64,000 nt of DNA. Origin: Candidatus Palauibacter sp. (GTDB lineage: Bacteria > Gemmatimonadota > Gemmatimonadetes > Palauibacterales > Palauibacteraceae). Under the pieces are notes generated by a model, which made no database searches, was not told where the DNA came from, and was given only the letters and a program-made list of their open reading frames with translations. Location of the stretch: positions 90,624 through 154,623 of the forward strand of contig NZ_CBDBZT010000002.1 of NCBI RefSeq assembly GCF_965213655.1. The letters are read 5' to 3'. The position numbers were made by a program, and so were the translations under genes. Every line of letters starts with the position of its first letter. The stretch's first letter is position 1. This document shows, one piece after another, positions 9,176 through 17,600 of the stretch.

Positions 9176-9350
9176 ACGGGAGCCTCGGGAAGCCGCCGCC
9201 AGCGGCGTGTCGAAAGCGCCTCCATCGTCCGCATCTGGCGAGCCCGTCCGCGCTACCGGGCACCTCCATACGGGCGACCGTGCCAAAGTGTTTCAGCAAC
9301 GGGGCGAAGGCCCCAGGCAGGGCGTCGGTCAGCCTGCAAGGCTCCCGCGC

Positions 9351-9810
9351 TCAATCGCCGTTCGGCGATGCCTCCCACCGTTCATCGGCGAGGTGCGAGC
9401 GGTTCAACTCATCGGCGCGCAGGGTCCAACCCGGCATCGCCCGGTCCATGATCTCCTGGAAGCGCTCGTTGTGGCTCGGCTCGACGAGGTGGACCATCTC
9501 GTGGAGGACAACGTATTCGAGGCACGGTAGGGGCTTCTTGGCCAGTTCGGAGTTGAGCCAGATTCGGCGGGCCGCCGCGTTGGAGGTGCCCCAGCGCGTT
9601 CATTCGGCGGATGCGCCAGTCGTCCACGCTCACGCCGATCCGGGGTTCCCACTCGGCGAGGACCTCGGGGACGCGCTCGCGGAGACGAGCCCGGTGCATA
9701 TCCCGGACCCCTACACCGTGGGGGGCGCTCCCAGTCCAGCAGTCCTTGCAGGAAGGCCAAAGTAGGCGGGAAAGGCAGGTCCCCGGTCTACCAGACTGCG
9801 CCGCTCCCAC
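9351..9810 (-). pseudogene. DUF45/YgjP-like metal-dependent hydrolase, frameshifted and probably 5'-truncated
   Basis: One frame gives ...RERVPEVLAEWEPRIGVSVDDWRIRRM. After a 1-nt frame change at about 9598-9604 the next frame gives TRWGTSNAAARRIWLNSELAKKPLPCLEYVVLHEMVHLVEPSHNERFQEIMDRAMPGW (HExxH), with a stop at 9351. Confidence 0.7.
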
Positions 9811-9822
9811 ATGCCACCAGGG

Positions 9823-10050
9823 TCATTTCAGCGATGACGTCTTTGGTTCGGAGTAGATGATGCCCTTATCATATGGTTGGCCGAATGTCCGCCCGATTGG
9901 TTGGAGTGTGCGAGACGCTTTCGTGATCGACAGCACGGAGTCGAACCCATGGTTGGAAAAGATCGAGGACCCGTAGGCGCCGAGGGCAAGGATGGCGGTG
10001 CGAGTCACGACCATGCCGATGAATGGAAGGAACTGAAGGGTGACACACTG
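9823..10050 (-). pseudogene. C-terminal fragment of an unknown gene cut by IS3 copy 1
   Basis: The native frame ...CVTLQFLPFIGMVVTRTAILALGAYGSSIFSNHGFDSVL...EPKTSSLK* has C-rich third positions. Its 5' part is replaced by IS sequence at 10051. Confidence 0.4.
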
Positions 10051-10168
10051 TGGAGCTGTCCCGCTTTCACGGACGGTTAGTTTCTGTGGTTGATCGTCTC
10101 GGGCTCTTCTCCTTTCGGCCTCTCTCAGGCGCTCGGGAGAGGACGTCCGTGCGCGCCGCCGGTGCGCC

Positions 10169-11065
10169 TCAGGCCGCATGGTTCCTCTCGTAGTCTGCCG
10201 GCGACTCGTAGCCGAGTGCGGAGTGCAGCCGCCGGGTGTTGTAGAAGCCCTCGATGAAGCCGAAGACCTCCCGTCGCGCCTCGTCCGCCGTGCGGAAGGA
10301 GCGCTTCCAGATCAGCTCGCACTCGAGCGTCGCGAAGAACGACTCGCACATGGCGTTGTCGTACGCATCGCCCGCCGAGCCCATGGACTGGGCGATGCCC
10401 GACTCGCGACAGCGCTCCCCGAAGGCGAGCGAGGTGTACTGCGAGCCCCTGTCGGAGTGATGGACGATGCGCCCCCGGGGACGACGGCGCGCGAGGGCCA
10501 TCGACAGCGCGGCCTCGACGAGTTCGGTCCGCATGTGCGTCGCCATGGCCCAGCCGACGACGCGACGGCTCCAGACGTCGAGCACAACGGCCAGGTACAG
10601 CCAGCCCGCCCAAGTGGGCACATACGTGATGTCGGCCACCCACAGCTCGTCGGGCCCGGAGGCCGAGAAGTCCCGCCTCACCAGGTCCGGCGCGGGCCGG
10701 GCCTCGGTGTCCCTCTTCGTCGTCGCCGTCTTGAAGCGCCGCCTGGTCGCGCCCTCGATCCCCAAGCCCCTCATCAGCCGCCCCACGCGCTTCTGGCCCA
10801 CCCGCTCGCCCTCGGCCCTGAGCGTCGCGTGGATCCGCGGACGGCCGTACGTCTCGCCGCTCCCGGTCCAGATCGCCCCGATCCGCGCCTCGAGTTGCGC
10901 GTCCCGCCGCGCGCGGTCCGAGGCAGGACGCTTGAGCCAGTCGTAGTAGCCGCTGGGGGAGAGACCCAGCACCCGGCACATGGCCCGAAGCGGAAACTCG
11001 GCCCGGTGCGCCTTCATGAACGCGTACCCCCGCCGGGGATCGATCCGCTCTCCTGCGCGGGGCAC
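10169..11065 (-). CDS. IS3-family transposase OrfB (rve/DDE integrase core)
   Basis: 298 aa containing ...WVADITYVPTWAGWLYLAVVLDVWSRRVVGWAM...HHSDRGSQYTS...DNAMCESFFATLECEL. Confidence 0.9.
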   Translation of the reverse strand: MPRAGERIDPRRGYAFMKAHRAEFPLRAMCRVLGLSPSGYYDWLKRPASDRARRDAQLEARIGAIWTGSGETYGRPRIHATLRAEGERVGQKRVGRLMRGLGIEGATRRRFKTATTKRDTEARPAPDLVRRDFSASGPDELWVADITYVPTWAGWLYLAVVLDVWSRRVVGWAMATHMRTELVEAALSMALARRRPRGRIVHHSDRGSQYTSLAFGERCRESGIAQSMGSAGDAYDNAMCESFFATLECELIWKRSFRTADEARREVFGFIEGFYNTRRLHSALGYESPADYERNHAA

Positions 11066-11081
11066 CGCCGCGCAGCGGTGG

Positions 11082-11348
11082 TCAGGCCGCGGCTTTTTTT
11101 AGGATGTCCCGCTCCATCCTGAGCCGCTTGTTCTCACGCTCCAGGCGCCGCAGTTCGTTGCGCGCCTCCGTCGTCAGCCCGTCGCTACGGAACCCCTCGT
11201 CCACGTCCGCCCGCCGGACCCAGTTCCGGATCGTCTGCTCCGACGGATCGAACTCCCGGGCGAGTGACGCGGCGCTACGCCCGCTCCTCGCCAGTTCCAC
11301 CAGCCGCTCCCTGTACTCGGACGGATACCGCCCCTGCCGGCCCGCCAT
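11082..11348 (-). CDS. IS3-family transposase OrfA (HTH)
   Basis: 88 aa: YPSEYRERLVELARSGRSAASLAREFDPSEQTIRNWVRRA plus a leucine-zipper-like tail. It ends just after an A7 tract. Confidence 0.9.
   Translation of the reverse strand: MAGRQGRYPSEYRERLVELARSGRSAASLAREFDPSEQTIRNWVRRADVDEGFRSDGLTTEARNELRRLERENKRLRMERDILKKAAA
11094..11100 (-). promoter_or_regulatory. A7 tract (T7 on the plus strand) in the orfA/orfB overlap of the IS3 element
   Basis: The minus strand reads CTA AAA AAA GCC GCG GCC TGA in the orfA frame. The orfB frame opens at the tract and is +1 relative to orfA. Confidence 0.6.
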
Positions 11349-11406
11349 AGGACACCTCCTTGCTTGACCCCAATGGATAGGTGTCCGTCAAAGCGGGGCA
11401 ACTCCA

Positions 11407-11625
11407 GTGGTGCTGGCGACCGATGGGACGACCTGGGTGCGGCACCGGGACGTGGAGGGTGCGCGGTGGCTGGTCCTCGACCGCTCGGGGACGATTGTCG
11501 CCGAAGTAGTGGCACCGGAGGACCTCGTCATACACCACATCGGCGTCGAGCACGTCTGGGGTGTGCGGGAGGATGCCCTCGGCATCCCGTGGATCTACCG
11601 GTTCCGGATACGGAAGGGATCGTAG
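11407..11625 (+). pseudogene. C-terminal fragment of an unknown gene abutting IS3 copy 1
   Basis: The ORF starts exactly at the IS edge: VLATDGTTWVRHRDVEGARWLVLDRSGTIVAEVVAPEDLVIHHIGVEHVWGVREDALGIPWIYRFRI. Confidence 0.35.
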
Positions 11626-11629
11626 GCGG

Positions 11630-14600
11630 TCAGGGCATGAGGGCTCTCGGCGGCTCCAGCAGGTCCTCGAGGCGGAAGATCTCGCCGTCCTTGAGAACGA
11701 TCCGCGCGCGGCGAAGGTCCTCGATATTCTCCAGCGGGTTGCCTTCCACGATGAGAATGTCGGCGAGCGCCCCGCCGGTGAGGGTGCCGATCTCTCCTTC
11801 CATGGCGAGAGCCTCGGCGGCGACCGAGGTGGCCGTACGCAGGGCCTCGACCTCGGTGAGGCCGCCCCAGACGTAGTTCTCGACTTCGGCGATGAGGGCG
11901 GCGCCGTAGGGGATGATGGGGGAGTCCGTGCCGGCCACGACCTTGCCTCCGCCGCGGACGACGCGGGTCACGGTGTGGCCGGCGTCGGCGAGCATGTCGT
12001 CGATGCCGCTGGCTCGGCCCCGGGCGGCGGCGCGCGCGGCCATGCTCTCGGCCATGCCTGCGGGGAACAGCGCCTCGAAGCGAGGTTCGGTTGTCCACGT
12101 TGGGTCGTCACCGACCGACTTCCACCAGCCACCCATGAGGGCCATGGTGGGCGTGATCGTCATGCCGGAGGCGGTGAGGAGCTGGATCACGTCGTCGTAG
12201 GTGCGGTACATCGCCGTGACCTTCGGGGAGTAGCCGCGGCGGCTCGTGCCCGAGATGTGCTCGACGTGGTCCATCCCGTGCGCGACGGCCGGATAGATCT
12301 CGTGGCTCGCGACCGGAATTCCGATCGAGTGCGCGAACTCCACGATCCGGCGCTGGAGGAGATCCGGCAGGCGCACGTACGTCTTGATGAGCGAATAGCG
12401 CGTGTGTTCGGCGCGGTCGAGTTCGAGCGCGAGGTTGCCGTTGGGGCCGAGGGAGCCGGCGCCCGAGTAGTAGATGCGGTTGCCGTCCATCGTGCGGCCG
12501 GTGGCGAACTCCCGCGGCCCGATGCGACGGCCGGAGTCGATGGACTCGCGGCGCTCCGCAATCTCATACGGGTCGGAGGTCGGGTCGCGGATCGTCGTGA
12601 CCCCGTAGGCGAGGAAGGTGCGGCCGAGCGCCTCGCCCATCCCGTAGCCCATGTGCGAGTGCATGTCGACCAGGCCCGGGAGCACGGTGTGGTCGCCGGC
12701 GTCCACGACGTCGCCCCCGCCGTCGGCCGCGGCTTCGTGATTGGCGTCGCTGTGGGGGACGACGGAGGCGATGCGGTTGCCTTCGACGATGAGGTCCACG
12801 TTCTCCGTCACGTCGTCCGAGAGCCCGTCCCAGGCGCGCGCGGCGTGAACGACTACGGAGCCCTCGCGGGCAGGACGCCGCCACTCGAGGTCGACCGGGA
12901 TCTCGTCGATCGCTCCGTCGTCGAGGTGATAGCGGCGGAGGCCGCGCGTCGTCTGGTAGACGATCGAACGGGAGTCGCCCGTCCAGGAGAGCGCGTCGGC
13001 GTGGTGGTTCGTGAGGCGCAGCGGCGGTCCGCTGGGCGCCCCGGTGGCGTCCACTTCGACCAGCCACAGCACACCCTCGCTGACGTACGCCATGTGCCGG
13101 CCGTCGGGCGACCACGCCGGGCCGTCCAGCGCCCGCACGCCCATGTTCCGGTGCTCGGCCGCCGTCACGCGGCGCGTCTCGCCGCCGTCGAGCGGCTGGA
13201 GGAGGATCTCGTTCCGCCCCTCGCGGAAGCGCGTCGAGTACTGGGAGAGGACGGACATGGCGATCGTCCGCCCGTCCGGGGAGAACGACGGCCGGCTGGA
13301 GGCGAACAGATCATCTCGGATCGTCGTGATGTCGCCGGTCGCGAGGTCCACCATCTGGACGCCGCTCTGCAGGCCCATGACCGCGGTGAAGACGATCCGC
13401 TCACCGTCGGGAGCGAACACGGGGCCGACTTCGCCGCCCGGCAGAATTGTGACCCGCCGCTCGGCGCCGGTGTCCATGTCGCGCACCCAGATGTCGAGCG
13501 ACCCCTCACGGTCGGACGCGTACGCGAGTCGCGAACCGTCGCGCGACCACGACGGCATCACGTCGACGAAGGGGTCGTCCGTCAGTTGGAGGGGGGTCGC
13601 GCCACCAGCCTCGGTGTCGAGGAGCCAGAGGTCGCCGAGCGCGGTGAAGGCGATGGAGCGCCCGTCCGGGGACACTGCCGGGGCGACGATCCCGAGCACG
13701 GGCTCCGGCCCGCCCTCGTCGAAGGAACGCGGCGTGCGCTCGTAGTCCGGCCGCGTGAACGCGAAGGTGGCCTCGAAGGGGATGTCCGCCGCCTGCGTGC
13801 CATCCACCGACACGCGCCGGATCCGTCCGTCGCCGGTGTAGGCGATTTCATCGGCCCCCGTCCACATGGGACGGAAGGGGAAGACATCCGCGTCGTCCGG
13901 GCTGAGGCGGCGGGACCCTGCGTCCGGTCCCAGCCCCGGCTCCGCGTCGAGCGACGCCACATGGAGTCCTGTCTCTCCACGGCCCACCGCCGCGTACGCG
14001 ATCTGCGTTCCGTCCGGACTCCAGGCGGGAGACACTGCGCCAGGGGCTTGGGCCGCGACCCGACCCGAGCCGTCAGTGCGACGCACAAGGATGGTCCCGC
14101 CATCCCGGTCCGAGGCAAAGGCGAGGGCTTCGCCATCGGGCGACCACTGCGGGGTGAACTCGTGGCTCGGGGCGTCCGTCACCCGGCTGGTGACTCCGCT
14201 CGCGAGGTCGAGCGTCCAGATGTCGTAGTTCCCCGACCGGTCCGAGGCGAAGGCGATCGTGCCGCCGTCGGGGGAGTACGCCGGCTCCCGCTCGTCGTAC
14301 GGGCCGAAGGTGTGCTGCTGCGGGTCGGAGCCGTCGGGCCGGATCGACCAGATGTGCCAGCGGCCGTCCCGGAACGACTGGAACGCGATCCGGCTCCCGT
14401 CCGGCGCCCACTGCGGCTGCCGCGCGTCGTAGTACATGTCCGTGATCGCGCGCGCCTCGCCGCCCCCGGCGTCCATCACCCACAGCGTGCCCTGAAGGTC
14501 GAGCACGATCCGGCCCCCGTCGGGGGAGAGGGCCGCAGCCATGTTCGTACCCTCGGAGACCGTGACGCGCACGTCACGATCCTGGGCATGGGCAGCCAGG

Positions 14601-14677
14601 GGCAGGAGGAAGAACGCGGCCAGCGGTGGCAGCGCGTTGAACGAACGACGACGGCGGGGCACCGATACGTGCGACAT
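11630..14677 (-). CDS. Secreted TolB-like beta-propeller / amidohydrolase fusion protein
   Basis: 1015 aa with a signal peptide (AFFLLPLAAHAQ), repeated SPDG..IAF.SDR.G..DIW propeller motifs, and a C-terminal amidohydrolase metal site (VLPGLVDMHSHMGYG). Confidence 0.9.
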   Translation of the reverse strand: MSHVSVPRRRRSFNALPPLAAFFLLPLAAHAQDRDVRVTVSEGTNMAAALSPDGGRIVLDLQGTLWVMDAGGGEARAITDMYYDARQPQWAPDGSRIAFQSFRDGRWHIWSIRPDGSDPQQHTFGPYDEREPAYSPDGGTIAFASDRSGNYDIWTLDLASGVTSRVTDAPSHEFTPQWSPDGEALAFASDRDGGTILVRRTDGSGRVAAQAPGAVSPAWSPDGTQIAYAAVGRGETGLHVASLDAEPGLGPDAGSRRLSPDDADVFPFRPMWTGADEIAYTGDGRIRRVSVDGTQAADIPFEATFAFTRPDYERTPRSFDEGGPEPVLGIVAPAVSPDGRSIAFTALGDLWLLDTEAGGATPLQLTDDPFVDVMPSWSRDGSRLAYASDREGSLDIWVRDMDTGAERRVTILPGGEVGPVFAPDGERIVFTAVMGLQSGVQMVDLATGDITTIRDDLFASSRPSFSPDGRTIAMSVLSQYSTRFREGRNEILLQPLDGGETRRVTAAEHRNMGVRALDGPAWSPDGRHMAYVSEGVLWLVEVDATGAPSGPPLRLTNHHADALSWTGDSRSIVYQTTRGLRRYHLDDGAIDEIPVDLEWRRPAREGSVVVHAARAWDGLSDDVTENVDLIVEGNRIASVVPHSDANHEAAADGGGDVVDAGDHTVLPGLVDMHSHMGYGMGEALGRTFLAYGVTTIRDPTSDPYEIAERRESIDSGRRIGPREFATGRTMDGNRIYYSGAGSLGPNGNLALELDRAEHTRYSLIKTYVRLPDLLQRRIVEFAHSIGIPVASHEIYPAVAHGMDHVEHISGTSRRGYSPKVTAMYRTYDDVIQLLTASGMTITPTMALMGGWWKSVGDDPTWTTEPRFEALFPAGMAESMAARAAARGRASGIDDMLADAGHTVTRVVRGGGKVVAGTDSPIIPYGAALIAEVENYVWGGLTEVEALRTATSVAAEALAMEGEIGTLTGGALADILIVEGNPLENIEDLRRARIVLKDGEIFRLEDLLEPPRALMP

Positions 14678-17600
14678 GGGTCAGCTCCGTTCCAGGGCTG
14701 TGGGCTCGACGCCTAACGGTTCTCCGCTTCCGCCATGGCCGCAAGGATCGGCGGTCGGGCAGTTGCCAGCGAGCTTCGAGCGACAGTCACCGGCCAGACA
14801 CGACTTGTCACCGAAAGATCACGATTCGCCCACAATAAATCCCGTAGCATCCCTCTCGCTGAGTGCACATCGGTGTACAGCCGCTTTCCCTGACCCGGGC
14901 TGGGCGGTCGCGACAGAGTCCCTGCCATATCGTAGTTGCAAGCCCGGGGCAGGGGCGGATCGAACGCTTGGAGGGCGACTTGAGCCGGGTGCGAGCAAGC
15001 GCGATCCTCAGGCGACGCCGGGGCGCGGCGCTGTCACTATTGCTTCCACTGAGCGCGAGCCTCTCCTGTGGGGCTTCCCCCACGGGCCCGCCTCCCCCGC
15101 CTCCCCCCCCCCGCCCCCGCCCCGGCCGACCACGGTGGCGGTCACGCCGTCCAAGGCCAGTCTGTTCGCTCTGGGCGACACCGTGCAGTTGACGGCGGAG
15201 GTGCGCGACCAGCGCCGTCAGCGCATGGAAGGGGTCGAGGTCACGTGGTCGAGTTCACCCGATTCGGTGGCGTCGGTGAGCGATTCGGGCCTGGTGACGG
15301 CGGTGGCGGACGGCAGAGCGGTGGTGACGGCAACGGCCGGTACCATTTCCCGGAGCGCCGTAGTAACGGTGGCACAGTTGGTAGTCAGTGTGGCGATCAC
15401 CCCGGATACGGTGGCGCTCTCGGCCCTCGGCGACACGGTACGGCTGTCGGCCGAGCCTCGGGACCGGCGCGGCAATCACGTGGTCGGCAGAGCCGTCTCG
15501 TGGTCGACCTCGGACCCGGCTGTCGCCTCCGTGGACTCGGAAGGTCTCGTGACCGGGGTGGACAACGGCTCGACCGAGATCACCGCATCGGCGGACGACG
15601 CCTCGGGCAGAGTGGCGGTGAACGTGAGGCAGCGGGTGGCAACGGCGACGCTTTCGCATTCCTCGGTCACCATCGTAGCGGCGGCCAGCGTCCGCCTTGA
15701 GGTTCGGGGATTCGACGCAAACGGGCACGCGGTGACGGGGGCGCCCTACGAGTGGTCGTCGAATGCCGCTTCGGTGGCGACAGTTAACACGTTCGGACTG
15801 GTCACCGGTGTCCGGGAAGGCGCGGCGACGATTGCGGCGATGTCGGAGAGTGCCCGCGCCACAGCCGAAATCGTGGTTGAAAAAAACCCGGACCGACCGG
15901 GGCTGGAGGCCTTCTACGAGTCGACCGGCGGAGCAAACTGGGCCCGAAGGGACAGGTGGCTGACGGGCGCGCCGATCAGCGCCTGGCACGGCGTCGAGAC
16001 TGATTCCGCCGGCCGCGTGATCCGGCTGTTCCTTCCCGAAAATGGAAACGGACTGGCCGGTTCCATCCCCCCGGCGATCGGGACGCTCACCGAGTTGCGG
16101 GCGCTGGTCCTCGCCGGCAACGAACTGACCGGCCCCCTACCGGCGGAGATCGGACAATTGAGGGCGCTTCGCGAGTTGTCGCTGGCGGGTAACGGGCTGA
16201 CGGGATCGATTCCGCCGGCGCTGGCGAACCTGGACTCGCTCGAGGTGCTGGATCTGAGCGGGAACGATTTGGAGGGACCGATCCCCCGTGAACTGGGTGA
16301 TTTGAGCAGCCTCCTGGTTCTCAGATTGAACGATAACTCGTTGGAGGGCGAGCTCCCGCCGAGTTTGGGCAGGTTGGGGAGGCTCCACACACTGGAGCTC
16401 CAGAACAATCCGTTCGATGGGGAACTGCCCCCGGAACTGGGAAGCCTTTCCTCGCTCGAACACCTGAACGCGAGTGCGGCGACCGAGGGGCCCTTGCCGG
16501 CTGAATTGGGCGGGTTGTCCAGGCTGCGCACCCTGTGGTTGCTCAGCAACAGGCTGAGCGGAGGGATCCCCCCTGAGCTCGGCGACCTGCGGTCACTGGA
16601 GCATCTGGGGCTCTGTTGCTATTTGACGGGGCCCATCCCCCCGAGTCTCGGCAATCTTCGATCCCTCAAGTTTCTTTACCTGTGGCACAACCGCCTCACC
16701 GGATCGATTCCGCAGGAATTGAGCGAACTGCCCGCGCTGGAAACGCTGCACGTGGAACACAACGACTTGACCGGCTCACTGTCGCCGGCGTTCTTCGAAA
16801 TGCCGCTCCTCAAGAGGCTGTCGGTCTTCGAGAATGACCTTTCGGGCGTTGTGGATCCGGATCTCGGACGGGAAACGCAACTTCAGGCCCGCATGCAAGC
16901 GACCGACCTTTGTCTGGCGCCGCGCGCGAGCACCATGCGGGCATTGAGAGACACCGTCGTGGCGGTGGCGTACTGCCCGCCGGAGCGGGTGGCTCGGCAC
17001 GCCCTGGCGGCGCTGTACGAGGCCACGGGCGGAGCGGACTGGAGGCGCTCCGACGCCTGGTTGACGGACGCCCCGTTGACGGACTGGTGGGGCGTGGAGA
17101 CCTCCGCCGATGGTTCGGTCGTGGGCCTCGACCTGAGCGACAACGGCCTGAGCGGGATCATCCCGCGCGAGGTCACGGCCTTGGAGAGCCTGGTCCGTCT
17201 CGACCTCGGGTCCAACCGGATTTCGGGCCCGCTCCCCCCGGACATGGCCGACATGGAGGCGTTGCGCAGCGTTGGGCTGGGCGGCACCGGTCTCGCGGGT
17301 CCGATCCCGCTCGAGCTCACGCATCTGCGCCTCGACCGGCTGGGGTTCTCCGACACGGAGCTGTGCGCTCCGACGACACCTGAATTCACCGAGTGGCTGG
17401 CCGCGTTGCGAACGTGGTCGGGAGCCCTTTGCGACCCGCCGCGCGACGAGGATCACCGTCAGGCGCTGGTGGAGGGTCTTCCAGAGAGGCCCTTCGAGGA
17501 TCACCGCATGGAGGGCGTGACGATCGGCACCCTGGGACTCGGGGTGAACGGAGGCGCGTTCTCGGCGATCAGTCTCGCGCAGGATTGGTTCGGGGGCAGC

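Larger units (their letters stand above)
5441..9350. mobile_element. Putative integrative mobilisable element remnant (integrase, relaxase, MobC, oriT-like repeats); boundaries approximate
   Basis: Gene content. The left edge abuts the truncated hsdM. The right edge is not defined, and I found no clear flanking direct repeat. Confidence 0.4.
10051..11406 (-). mobile_element. IS3-family insertion sequence, copy 1 (1356 bp)
   Basis: Terminal inverted repeats are TGGAGCTGTCCCGCTTTCACGGAC and TGGAGTTGCCCCGCTTTGACGGAC (reverse complement of the other end). It differs from copies 2 and 3 only by one synonymous SNP that I noticed (G at 10736 versus A at 32186 and 48244). No target-site duplication. 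Confidence 0.92.

Noticed and set aside
9823-10179. ORFs starting inside the IS3 left end (MRPEAHRRRARTSSPERLREAERRRARDDQPQKLTVRESGTAP...) and reading outward into flanking DNA. Also seen at 29965-31629 and 47439-47687.
   Set aside because: The IS-internal part is an R-rich shadow frame antisense to nothing conserved. The apparent fusion proteins arise only because that frame lacks a stop before the IS edge. The native flanking parts were annotated separately.
11561-14716. 1051-aa plus-strand ORF covering the whole amidohydrolase gene
   Set aside because: It is antisense to a gene with clear domain content. The translation is R/G/A/V/D low-complexity text typical of shadow ORFs in high-GC DNA.
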